This document shows positions 40,507 to 49,795 of a DNA stretch of 64,000 bases, one piece after another. Below the pieces are notes generated by a model that did not search any database, was not told the DNA's origin, and worked only from the letters and a program-made list of their open reading frames with translations. The DNA is from a virus (lineage: Duplodnaviria; Caudoviricetes): IMG/VR virus record IMGVR_UViG_3300020046_005360. The stretch is one strand, 5' to 3'. Position 1 is the stretch's first letter, and every line of letters starts with the position of its first letter. The position numbers and the translations under genes are program-made.

Positions 40507-40522
40507 TTTTATTTTAATTAGA

Positions 40523-41437
40523 TTATACTGTATATATATTTATTGAGTTACTCACCAATGATTTATTATAATAAATATCTACTGCTAATATTTCAATTTT
40601 ATACAACGTAGCTGTTGTAAGCGCTGTTATTGTTTGACCACTTGCAGTAATTCTTCCTTTATATATATTATTTACATACACTTCATAAAAATCAAGAGTG
40701 TTTGTACTACTTGGAGGTGTAAAATTCAATTGAATAGTAGTGCTTGTGATTGTTCCAGCTGTTAAATTAACTATAGCATTTGGTTTAGTATAATTTGGGA
40801 CAAAAACTATAGAAGATAAGGTGCCTCCTGAAACATAAGATACATCACCCTCAATACCTCCCGAATTAGAAGTTTGTTCCGATATTGGAACGTATAATTT
40901 CATTCTTTGTGCCCCATTAGGCGTAAATACACTATTGTTCACTTTACTTGTTCCAAAATTTATACACTTTGGTAAGACAACCGTTTTAGTCCCCGATGAA
41001 GTTTGCCAATTACCTAGCCAGTTAGCAGGAACGGTTGTGCAATTCGGCATATCTAGTATAAAAGGAGTAAAAATATCTTGAAATATAGTTGTTCCTGTTT
41101 GTGTTATTATGCCAGGAAAATACAACCTTATAATTCCAGCCGACATATTTGCAAAAGTTGAATTTTGAATATTAGCAACTAATCCATCATTATCATAATA
41201 ATATTTAAGTAATGTTCTTAATGAAGTTGGATTTGTAAAACCTAATGAGTAAGAACCAACCATTCTAAATTGTATGTCTGAACCAATAATAGAAAATTTT
41301 TGTATTCTACTTACTAATACGCCGAACATTGAAGCTACTGCACTAGCAGAATTCAAAACAGAAGATACTCCACCTATATAAGTATTTACAGTACCCCTTG
41401 ATTTTCCGAATTCGTAAAACTGTATTGGATTAAACAT
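40523..41437 (-). CDS. virion-associated protein with C-terminal fibronectin type III domain
   Basis: PNAIVNL..ITSTTIQLNFTPP..YEVY..LTTATLYKIEILAVD. Confidence 0.65.
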   Translation of the reverse strand: MFNPIQFYEFGKSRGTVNTYIGGVSSVLNSASAVASMFGVLVSRIQKFSIIGSDIQFRMVGSYSLGFTNPTSLRTLLKYYYDNDGLVANIQNSTFANMSAGIIRLYFPGIITQTGTTIFQDIFTPFILDMPNCTTVPANWLGNWQTSSGTKTVVLPKCINFGTSKVNNSVFTPNGAQRMKLYVPISEQTSNSGGIEGDVSYVSGGTLSSIVFVPNYTKPNAIVNLTAGTITSTTIQLNFTPPSSTNTLDFYEVYVNNIYKGRITASGQTITALTTATLYKIEILAVDIYYNKSLVSNSINIYTV

Positions 41438-41440
41438 AAA

Positions 41441-43771
41441 TTATGCGTTAGATATTCTTAAATAAAAAGCATTACTCACTCTACTTAAAGTAGCAGTACT
41501 ACCTACTGCACCATTTAACACCGCAGTTCCATCAACTTGTATTAATGTTGATCCACTTCCTGCTAAAAATGTAATAGCGCTTGATCCACGTTTTAAATAT
41601 GAAGAAACAAAATCAAATTCTGAATTTATATCTGCAGTTAAATTTATTGCAGACGCCCCATTATCTAATATTACATTTCTTCCATGTTGTCCTATACTTT
41701 GTGAAGTGGTAAGTGTGGTTATACTTGAAGAAGTAGTTAATCTTATTTGACTTACATTTCTTCTTGATATACTTTCTAATCTATTTCTCGTGTATGAATA
41801 TCTATATTTAATTATTTCGTTAGGTAAATAAGATTCAGGTAATCCACTTCCATTATAGAAGGAAATTGAACCAGATAATGATTGACTGTGAGGGAATGTT
41901 AGTGACCCTGTACCTTGATATATGAAAGTAAATTCTTTTCCATCATATAAAGAACCAGAATTAATTGTTTTTTTAAGATAAGGTACTGTTACACTAGCTC
42001 CTGTAAATCTGATAGTGGATTTTTCATCTACTTCTATAGTATTAATAACTCCTGTTGTTGGAACTAATAATTCGGATTTTGAAGATTTTAATATATAATC
42101 ATATGAACCTGTTATTATCGGTGTTGGAGGTTCTATACTACTACCAAAAACATTTATTGATGTTACTAATAAAGTACCACTAGGAATAGTAGGAAAAACA
42201 GCTGATGATGAATTTTCTGTTCCTTCTATTTTTTGAAAATAACTAGAAGTATTTGCAACTATTATATCTATTCTATTATAATCAGCAGAAGCTGTTACTA
42301 TTGTAGTAGAATATGATGAAGTATTAGTATAATTATTTTGGTTTATTCTCCAAGAAAAATCCGAAGTTCCTATATTTATTAAACTTCCAGTTGGAATTAT
42401 AGGAGATGTTTTTGTAAAACCATCCGGAAATACAGAACTACTTAATGATGTTCTAAGACTATTAATTATATCTATAGTAGCATATTTTTGTCCGGTTCCA
42501 TCAGGATTGAAATTATTTTGTTTATTAGAAACATTTTCAGGTGTATAACCTAATCCTGATATAATAGTGGAATATGTTAAAGATACCCCAGCTCCCCCAA
42601 CAACATTACCGAATTTATCTACAGGGATAAATTCACAATCTGATGAATTTGTTAAGCTTGTAGTTCCTGATTTAACAATCAAATATGTTCTAAGAATTCC
42701 ATTTTCGGCTATATTAGCTTCAGCTATATAATCTTGGGTTTGGATGAATACTTTAGCATCTGCTAAATTACTATATAATGTTTGACCATATTGTATTATA
42801 CAATCTCCAGATTGGAATAATGTTATATGTTGAGTAGTATAACTTCCACTAGGGACTGCAGTTTTAACTCCATTTAAATCATAGAAATTAGGATCTATAT
42901 CGGTAACGTTTGAACTTTCTCCATCAGGGAGAGATGTATCTCTTAATCTATATCTAAATGTTTGAGTTGTTTGTTCTTCTATAAATAATCTATGGGGGTC
43001 ACCAAAATCATTAGCATTTATCCCTAATCCCCATATTTGACCGGAGGTTTTATGTATATTTAAGTTAGAACCAGTAGGAAAATATATATTTCCATTTAGA
43101 TTTAAACTCCCCACAGCTCTCATAAAATCATGTAATTGGTTTGTATCGGCCAATATAGGAGCTTTAATTTCATTTACTGCATTAATAGTAGAATTATCAG
43201 AATGTATTACCGCTCCTATTAATGCTAAAGTTCTTCTTGAAACATTTTCAAATGGGATTGCAGATTGAACTACATCTCCTTCAAGATCTAATGCTATATA
43301 TGAAGCTACACTAGAACTCATATATTGAGGGGTAAATTCTATAGGGGTTTCTACATATCTTATATGAGCTATTATATTATTTATGTCTGTATAATCTGTT
43401 ACTATATAAGAACCGGTCCCTATTAGTCCTTTAGTATTATCTCCAGGTTTAATAGATAAAGGAAGACCTTCAATGAATCCTGTAGGGGAACTTTGTTTTG
43501 CTGATAATCCTTCCCTAACTGCATTTGAAGTTATAGGATTATTACTACCAGATATTATAGTGTAATCTACTTTGGTAGAATCCGAATATGAAGAAGTAAG
43601 TATTCCTGTTATTTGAGAACCTTCTCCAATAAAATGAGATGCTGTAACACTTCCATTTACTAATATTTCAGAATTTGGGGCAGTTCCATCTAATGCATTT
43701 ATTATACGTAATAAATGTTCAGATTTTATTACCTGATGGGGAGCGATCCCCGATTTTGAAATTTTTGTCAT
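41441..43771 (-). CDS. tail fibre-like protein
   Basis: Ser/Thr/Gly-rich beta protein, LGYTPEN..NK; shared N-terminal anchor. Confidence 0.65.
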   Translation of the reverse strand: MTKISKSGIAPHQVIKSEHLLRIINALDGTAPNSEILVNGSVTASHFIGEGSQITGILTSSYSDSTKVDYTIISGSNNPITSNAVREGLSAKQSSPTGFIEGLPLSIKPGDNTKGLIGTGSYIVTDYTDINNIIAHIRYVETPIEFTPQYMSSSVASYIALDLEGDVVQSAIPFENVSRRTLALIGAVIHSDNSTINAVNEIKAPILADTNQLHDFMRAVGSLNLNGNIYFPTGSNLNIHKTSGQIWGLGINANDFGDPHRLFIEEQTTQTFRYRLRDTSLPDGESSNVTDIDPNFYDLNGVKTAVPSGSYTTQHITLFQSGDCIIQYGQTLYSNLADAKVFIQTQDYIAEANIAENGILRTYLIVKSGTTSLTNSSDCEFIPVDKFGNVVGGAGVSLTYSTIISGLGYTPENVSNKQNNFNPDGTGQKYATIDIINSLRTSLSSSVFPDGFTKTSPIIPTGSLINIGTSDFSWRINQNNYTNTSSYSTTIVTASADYNRIDIIVANTSSYFQKIEGTENSSSAVFPTIPSGTLLVTSINVFGSSIEPPTPIITGSYDYILKSSKSELLVPTTGVINTIEVDEKSTIRFTGASVTVPYLKKTINSGSLYDGKEFTFIYQGTGSLTFPHSQSLSGSISFYNGSGLPESYLPNEIIKYRYSYTRNRLESISRRNVSQIRLTTSSSITTLTTSQSIGQHGRNVILDNGASAINLTADINSEFDFVSSYLKRGSSAITFLAGSGSTLIQVDGTAVLNGAVGSTATLSRVSNAFYLRISNA

Positions 43772-43796
43772 TATATTATTTTTATATAAATATTAT

Positions 43797-44678
43797 TTAT
43801 TTTATAGACTCTTTAATTACTATTTTAGTGAAATTAAAAGATTTTCCTACAGGGGAAGCATTATTTACATTTATTGTATTAGGAATTATATAACCTTTAA
43901 CTGTAAGAGTCATTTCTGATTTAGAAGCTCTATCTCCCCCACTTTCTACTGATATAGGTGTTGGGTATGAATCTATACTTGCTCTAAATTGGAATCTTTC
44001 TTTATCTCCCCAATATGAATCAGAAGCAAATTCTATAGCTTCTATAAGTTTATTCATATGTTCAACATAATCTGTGTATATAATAAGTTTATATCTTATT
44101 GTGATATAATCTGGTATAATTCCTACTTTATATTCAACACTTTTCTTTTGGTTTTGCAGAACAGAAAAGTTATCATATGAGTTTCTTTGACTATAACCCT
44201 GTTTAAAATATTGAACGTTGTTTACTTTATTACCATCTAATTTATTTCCCAACGTTCTATCTTTATCAAAACTTTCACGTTTAAGTATTATTAGGGGTAT
44301 TTGAGCTTTGCCGTTTTTATCGCGATAAAAGCCGTCTTTTTGTATTGACTTCCATCTTTCAGGGGAACCATATATAACAGGTACTCCGCGCGTACTCCCG
44401 TTGATTTCAACAGTGGGTCTTATATAATTTTCTATATAATATATTATAGCAGAATCATGATCTTCAAGAGATATTTGAATATTATTTGTAGTATCTCCTT
44501 TCAAAGATATTTCATTCGCCCTAACAAAATCAGGTTGACCAGGATTAGTATACTTTAATTCAGGATTTGAATTATCGTAAGGCTGTAGTTCTTGTTCAGG
44601 AATTTGATACGGTTCAGGAAGAGCTTTCAAGAACTTATCTCTATTTATGGGAGTTGGTTTATCTCTATTTTTAGCCAT
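43797..44678 (-). CDS. tail terminator/sheath stabiliser (gp15-like)
   Basis: VPVIYGSPERW, PLI..R, PDY; follows the neck genes. Confidence 0.7.
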   Translation of the reverse strand: MAKNRDKPTPINRDKFLKALPEPYQIPEQELQPYDNSNPELKYTNPGQPDFVRANEISLKGDTTNNIQISLEDHDSAIIYYIENYIRPTVEINGSTRGVPVIYGSPERWKSIQKDGFYRDKNGKAQIPLIILKRESFDKDRTLGNKLDGNKVNNVQYFKQGYSQRNSYDNFSVLQNQKKSVEYKVGIIPDYITIRYKLIIYTDYVEHMNKLIEAIEFASDSYWGDKERFQFRASIDSYPTPISVESGGDRASKSEMTLTVKGYIIPNTINVNNASPVGKSFNFTKIVIKESIK

Positions 44679-45636
44679 TATTAATTATTTTAATAATATC
44701 ATCGGAATATAATTCTTCATATTCGTATTTATCTCCGGGACTATATATCTCTATTCTTAATTCCCCTTCTTGTGGATTTTTATCTATTTCTATTACTTCT
44801 CCCGTTTTTTCTCTTAATCCAGTTCCCTCATCAAAAATAAATTTATATTTTTTACCTATTTCTAAATCATTTATATTAACTAAATTTGGATTATTTACTT
44901 TAATTTCGCTAAAAGTAGAGTTTTGGTCTGCTACAGTATATTCTTGTAGTGTTAAATCATATCCTGCACGTAAAGCTTCAGATTGAGCTTGTTTAAAATT
45001 TTGTGGCAGCTCTCCTCCAAAGAAATCTAAGATATGCATATAATCATTAAATTTTTTTAATTGAGGTTGGTTGACTTTGATTTCATTAAGTATACCAACT
45101 AAATTTTCTTTTAATATTCTTAAATCTTCTTTTACTACAGTACGTGAAAATTTATTTCTTATTGATTTTAAATCTTTTACTAATTGGATTAGTTTAGGAC
45201 GTGAATGGAAATCTTTAAGTTGGACTTTTTCAAATTTACTTATTAAGTCAGTTAAATCTTTATGGATAGTAGAATCGTCTACTTCTTTTTTAACACTCCA
45301 TGTTACTGATTGTGTTTCAGGGTCTATATCTGTTACAGTTGTTCTTCTACCACCTGTTTCAGATGATTGACCAATGTTAAAATCGGAAACGTCTTCATTC
45401 AAATCATCATATTCTTTCCCTGTTCTTTGTTTAAATAATTCACGGGCGTATTCACTTACTTCAGATTCATTTTCTACCTCTTCATCCTCAAAATCGTTAC
45501 CTCCTGAAAATTCACCAACTTCATCTAAAGCTTGTCCCCAGCATTCATCAAATATTTTTTCATAATTTAATGGGTTGTTTACTTTTATTTCTGTAATTAT
45601 ACCAGCTAGTTGCTGCAGTCTTTTTATTTCGTTCAT
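44671..45636 (-). CDS. putative capsid-targeted polyprotein with three EIKVNxP modules
   Basis: RLQQLAGI leader; ITEIKVNNP, LNEIKVNQP, FSEIKVNNP. Confidence 0.6.
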   Translation of the reverse strand: MNEIKRLQQLAGIITEIKVNNPLNYEKIFDECWGQALDEVGEFSGGNDFEDEEVENESEVSEYARELFKQRTGKEYDDLNEDVSDFNIGQSSETGGRRTTVTDIDPETQSVTWSVKKEVDDSTIHKDLTDLISKFEKVQLKDFHSRPKLIQLVKDLKSIRNKFSRTVVKEDLRILKENLVGILNEIKVNQPQLKKFNDYMHILDFFGGELPQNFKQAQSEALRAGYDLTLQEYTVADQNSTFSEIKVNNPNLVNINDLEIGKKYKFIFDEGTGLREKTGEVIEIDKNPQEGELRIEIYSPGDKYEYEELYSDDIIKIINNG

Positions 45637-46133
45637 TATATTCTTGTTTCTGTAATTCCTAATTTCTCTGAGCGTGAATAATGCGCAGAAACGATTATAC
45701 TAAGCGATACTCCTGAGTCTTCGACACCGTCACCGACCTTATAAGAATAATCGGGATCTCGACCTGATACTAATTGATTTTCGTCCACATTATCTATTTC
45801 ATAATACTCCTCATTCCACAACATTACATCTCCTATCATAGGAACGACATTAGCTTGTTTTAAATGGTATTTTAAAAAACGTACTGTAAGGGGTCTTGTT
45901 CTATCTTGTCCTTCTTCTCCATCTGTCGTAGCGTAATTACCTCTTTCAATAAGACAGTTTATTAAAACAGGACCAGTAAAAGATTTTTTAAGACTTTCAC
46001 CATATATATTTGTTTCTGATTCTTCTATATTACATAAATAATATCCTACTTTTTGTTCAATAATTTGTCCTAAAAGTTCTTTATTTATGTTATTTATGAA
46101 ATCAGAGTCTCGACTGCGTTCCCAATATGCCAT
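45636..46133 (-). CDS. head closure/neck protein (gp14-like)
   Basis: NIYGES, P.IGD...YYEID; synteny. Confidence 0.7.
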   Translation of the reverse strand: MAYWERSRDSDFINNINKELLGQIIEQKVGYYLCNIEESETNIYGESLKKSFTGPVLINCLIERGNYATTDGEEGQDRTRPLTVRFLKYHLKQANVVPMIGDVMLWNEEYYEIDNVDENQLVSGRDPDYSYKVGDGVEDSGVSLSIIVSAHYSRSEKLGITETRI

Positions 46134-46136
46134 AAT

Positions 46137-46427
46137 CTATGTATTTTTAGAATATTCTTCTAATTCGTTATATATAGTTTTTAAAATTTGAGGGTCTAAA
46201 TCAAATATTACCCCCTTATAGCCATCCTCATAGTCTTCCCAATTAAATCCTAGTGGGATATTATCATCAAGTATATCTCTTGCTGCTACATCATAATGAT
46301 CTTCCCCTTCATTAACATATAATTTATTATATAAATCCCATACTTTTTGAGGAGTAATATTTGGATTATTTACTTTAATTTCAGTAATGATACCAGCTAG
46401 TTGTTGTAATCGTTTTATTTCGTTCAT
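46137..46427 (-). CDS. putative capsid-targeted internal protein (RLQQLAGI-TE-IKVNNP leader)
   Basis: First 22 aa identical to 44671..45636; acidic cargo. Confidence 0.6.
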   Translation of the reverse strand: MNEIKRLQQLAGIITEIKVNNPNITPQKVWDLYNKLYVNEGEDHYDVAARDILDDNIPLGFNWEDYEDGYKGVIFDLDPQILKTIYNELEEYSKNT

Positions 46428-46429
46428 AT

Positions 46430-47611
46430 CTATCCTAGGAAAATCATCATTGGGTAACCTATCATTATTCCGGCCATAGAATCTGCTTCCTCTTTTTTAC
46501 GTGCAAGTTGATTTTTGCGGGAAGTTTCATCTAAGTCTCCTCTTAATTTTTCAATTAGTGCTGTTCTTTCACCTAGTGCAGAACTTAATAAATCTTGTTG
46601 ATTAAGAGATACTTCTGCTCCAGGAATTGGGGTAGTTTGGTATTTTCCTCTTATAAGTCCTAACATTTCTTTGGCTAGGGCTAATGTATATTCAAATATC
46701 CAATAACGACCAGGTCCATTTATTTGTGAGTATACTGGATTATTATAAGGGACGTTAGACATATCTGTAACCAAACTATCTCCACTTCCGTAACTTCCTG
46801 ATGGTGCTGTTATTTGTGCTTTTTCACTATTTTTTACATACCTAAAAAATAAATTCATATCATAAGGTGGGATAGGAAATATTTTAAGTTGATTGTTTAT
46901 TAATTCGAAAGAATTTGCTGAACGACGAATATCTTCTCTAAGTTCTATATTTTGTATTACAGCAAGATCTACATTTAAAGGCATTAACATTGAGTATGCG
47001 TCTAATGAACCTCCTGCTAGTGCTCCACCAGCTAAAAGACCATCTCCGAATGCACCTCCCACAATTCCAACACCTTGATATCCAGCAAACTGTTTTGTTG
47101 ATGCAGGTCTACCTTCATAAAATATTTGTTTTATCTCAATACTATCTCCTGGTACTAGTGATGCAGAAGATGAAGCCCACAATTTCATATCATATGATTG
47201 GGATCCTGCAGTCATACTTAAAGTACCACTATAATAAGTTACATTACCTCCAACTCCAACTTCAGAACCGTAATCCTGTGCCATTCGGATTATACTAGCA
47301 TTATTAGGTTGGATTACAACATTATTTACAGAAGAACCCGTTGAAGATGCTTCTAAATTTAGATAATTGTTTCTTATTTGGTATAGGTATACTTCATTAC
47401 CGTAAGTTGTAACAGCTTCTTCGAAACATAAAAAGAACTGATCTGCCCCCATTTCTACATCTAGTGTAGGATATCCGAGTCTTGATGCACAAAAATTAGC
47501 AACTTTTACCGCATCCGAGACGAATTGAGGATCATTATCATAGAAACCAAATGGTGTAGAGGACCCAGAGGTAAATATAGGATTACCAGTCCAAATCAAT
47601 GAATTTGCCAT
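46430..47611 (-). CDS. neck protein (gp13-like)
   Basis: RLGYP..DVE, YTLALAKEMLG.IRGKY..PG..LN. Confidence 0.85.
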   Translation of the reverse strand: MANSLIWTGNPIFTSGSSTPFGFYDNDPQFVSDAVKVANFCASRLGYPTLDVEMGADQFFLCFEEAVTTYGNEVYLYQIRNNYLNLEASSTGSSVNNVVIQPNNASIIRMAQDYGSEVGVGGNVTYYSGTLSMTAGSQSYDMKLWASSSASLVPGDSIEIKQIFYEGRPASTKQFAGYQGVGIVGGAFGDGLLAGGALAGGSLDAYSMLMPLNVDLAVIQNIELREDIRRSANSFELINNQLKIFPIPPYDMNLFFRYVKNSEKAQITAPSGSYGSGDSLVTDMSNVPYNNPVYSQINGPGRYWIFEYTLALAKEMLGLIRGKYQTTPIPGAEVSLNQQDLLSSALGERTALIEKLRGDLDETSRKNQLARKKEEADSMAGIMIGYPMMIFLG

Positions 47612-47612
47612 A

Positions 47613-48269
47613 TTATATTATATTTCTTTTTATTTCTCTGTTATACTTACTACATAAAGGTTGAAGGTTAGTATAATGACTTAATTTAATTAATTCTTCC
47701 TCTGTTTTAGCACTACTTATTGGGATTATATGATCTAGATCCCAAGTTTTATTGAATTCTAAAATTCCATCTTTTGGATTACCATAATTTTCTAATTTCA
47801 TCCAAGGTTCGAATTTAGATTCTATATAATCTTTAAAAATAACCCATTCACAACCTAATATTTGATAGGTTCTAGTTTTTTTCGAATATCCCATATTACG
47901 AAAAGACTCATTAATTCTACAAGCAATTCTATTTTTTAATTTAAATAGGGGATCATTATTAGCTCTATTTCTAAAATATTCTCTATCATACTCTTTCTTT
48001 TGGGGTTTTTGGAAAATCCTAATCTCTTTAAGTTCTTCAGAATGTTCTTTATTATATTGATTAGAATATTCTTTTATAGGAACCTCATTAATTTTATTAT
48101 ATTCTTTTCTATTTTCCCATATTTTTTCTTTATTATCTTCTTTATATTGTTTAGCACAAACTTTACATCTACCCGATAATCTATCTTTTTTAGATTTATC
48201 AGAATAAAAATTACTTAATTCTTTATCCTGTTTACAAATAACACATTGTTTCATATAAATAAATATCAT
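47613..48269 (-). CDS. HNH homing endonuclease
   Basis: CVIC..CKVC; WDLDHIIPIS..HYTNLQPL. Confidence 0.85.
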   Translation of the reverse strand: MIFIYMKQCVICKQDKELSNFYSDKSKKDRLSGRCKVCAKQYKEDNKEKIWENRKEYNKINEVPIKEYSNQYNKEHSEELKEIRIFQKPQKKEYDREYFRNRANNDPLFKLKNRIACRINESFRNMGYSKKTRTYQILGCEWVIFKDYIESKFEPWMKLENYGNPKDGILEFNKTWDLDHIIPISSAKTEEELIKLSHYTNLQPLCSKYNREIKRNII

Positions 48270-48409
48270 TAATCGAATCTTGATGCACAGAATTTAGTTA
48301 CTTTTACAGAATCTGCTATAAATTGTGGATCGTTGTCGTAAAATCCGAAAGGGGTTGAGGAACCGGAAGTAAAAACCGGATTACCCATATATATTACACT
48401 ATTGGCCAT
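48269..48409 (-). pseudogene. orphan 5' end (46 codons) of the neck protein gene
   Basis: MANSVIYMGNPVFTSGSSTPFGFYDNDPQFIADSVKVTKFCASRFD* vs MANSLIWTGNPIFTSGSSTPFGFYDNDPQFVSDAVKVANFCASRLG. Confidence 0.9.
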
Positions 48410-48468
48410 GTTTTATTTTCGTATAAATATTGAAAAGTAAAGGCACCTAGCGGTGCCTTATTTAATCT

Positions 48469-49119
48469 TTATTTTCCATATATATAATCTAATATATCTC
48501 CTACTATACCACTTCTATGGTTTTCTTTAAGTTTAATATGTTCTATACCTTTAATATGTTTAGATAATTCTATTGCGAAGTCTAAACCTGTAACTCCTTC
48601 ATTCGTATCTCTTTGAGATGAATCTCCATTTATTATTATTTTCCCTGATACCCCCAGGCGAGTTAAAATAGCTTCCATTTCAGCTTTAGTCAAGTTTTGA
48701 GCTTCTTCCACAATTAAAATATCATCAACTGTTTTACCTCGAATGAATTGTATTGGGAGGGCTTGTATCTTTCCTGCTTTAACAAATTCATCTATTTTAA
48801 GTCTGTCAGTACATTTATATAAATTTTCAATTAAAGCTTCCATATATGGATTGAATTTATCTTTTAAATCTCCAGGAAGAAAACCTAAACTTTTTCCAAC
48901 TTCAATTGCACTTCTAGATACAAGTATTTTGTCGATCTGTTTTGTGTTTAGAAAATCTAGTGCTGTAATAGATCCAACTAAAGATTTTCCAGATCCTGCT
49001 CTACCTGTAATTATAACTATTTGATTTTCTAAAATTAATCTTTTTGCTTCTTTCTGTTCTTCATTTAATTGAATGTTGTACTTAATTTCACTTTTACGAG
49101 GGCGATTAGGTTCTTTCAT
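48469..49119 (-). CDS. phoH: PhoH-family ATPase
   Basis: GRAGSGKS, LGFLPG, FIRG, EEAQN, TRLG, GDSSQ, HRS. Confidence 0.92.
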   Translation of the reverse strand: MKEPNRPRKSEIKYNIQLNEEQKEAKRLILENQIVIITGRAGSGKSLVGSITALDFLNTKQIDKILVSRSAIEVGKSLGFLPGDLKDKFNPYMEALIENLYKCTDRLKIDEFVKAGKIQALPIQFIRGKTVDDILIVEEAQNLTKAEMEAILTRLGVSGKIIINGDSSQRDTNEGVTGLDFAIELSKHIKGIEHIKLKENHRSGIVGDILDYIYGK

Positions 49120-49179
49120 GTAATTATTTTTAGTTAGACATTTGTCTTATATAAATATTAACGTACAAAAAGAATATTG

Positions 49180-49731
49180 TTAATCCAAATAAGTACCTGA
49201 TTTTTCTCTATTATCTTGCTTAGTAAGTGGTTGGGTGTTTTCGAAATGGAAACATAGATACATTTCTTGTTCATCAAGTAAGTTGAATTTGCATATAGGT
49301 TTGATGTGGTCTATTTCCCAGTAGGTACCATAGTTGTCCCAGGACATTTCCGAAGTGAATTTGGATTCGAGGTAGAGAGTGTAGTCACTGATGTTACATC
49401 CCAAATATTGTTCTGTACTTCTGTCCTTACCGTCTTTTAATCCGTTGTATATTCTTACTCTAATAGATTCTTTAAGTCTTACTAGTGGATCTTTACGACG
49501 TTCTCTAGCTCTTTCTGTTAATTTTTGAGTGCGAATTGCTTTCTTTTCAGGTGATAAATTAGCTAGTCTGTCTTTATGATAATTCCCATTATATTTGTTT
49601 TTATTTTGAGTCTTTTGACAAATTTTACAGGGAAAAGTATGACCATTTTTATGTGATGGATGTTTGGATTTATAATACCCATCTAATGAATAGTCGTTCT
49701 TACATTTAGTGCATGTTATTAATTCCATTTT
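49180..49731 (-). CDS. HNH homing endonuclease (likely start MELITC)
   Basis: CTKC..CKIC; WEIDHIKP..FHFENTQPL..N.EK. Confidence 0.8.
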   Translation of the reverse strand, partial: KMELITCTKCKNDYSLDGYYKSKHPSHKNGHTFPCKICQKTQNKNKYNGNYHKDRLANLSPEKKAIRTQKLTERARERRKDPLVRLKESIRVRIYNGLKDGKDRSTEQYLGCNISDYTLYLESKFTSEMSWDNYGTYWEIDHIKPICKFNLLDEQEMYLCFHFENTQPLTKQDNREKSGTYLD

Positions 49732-49745
49732 TATTGGTAATATAC

Positions 49746-49773
49746 AAAAAGAGGCTTGGATATCCAAGCCTCT
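49746..49773 (-). terminator. terminator after the major capsid gene, overlapping a sigma70-like promoter
   Basis: AGAGGCTTGGA-TA-TCCAAGCCTCT plus U tract; CTTG-N20-TATATT, same spacing as upstream of 19720. Confidence 0.7.
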
Positions 49774-49795
49774 AATTTTTATTCTATTTTATCTC

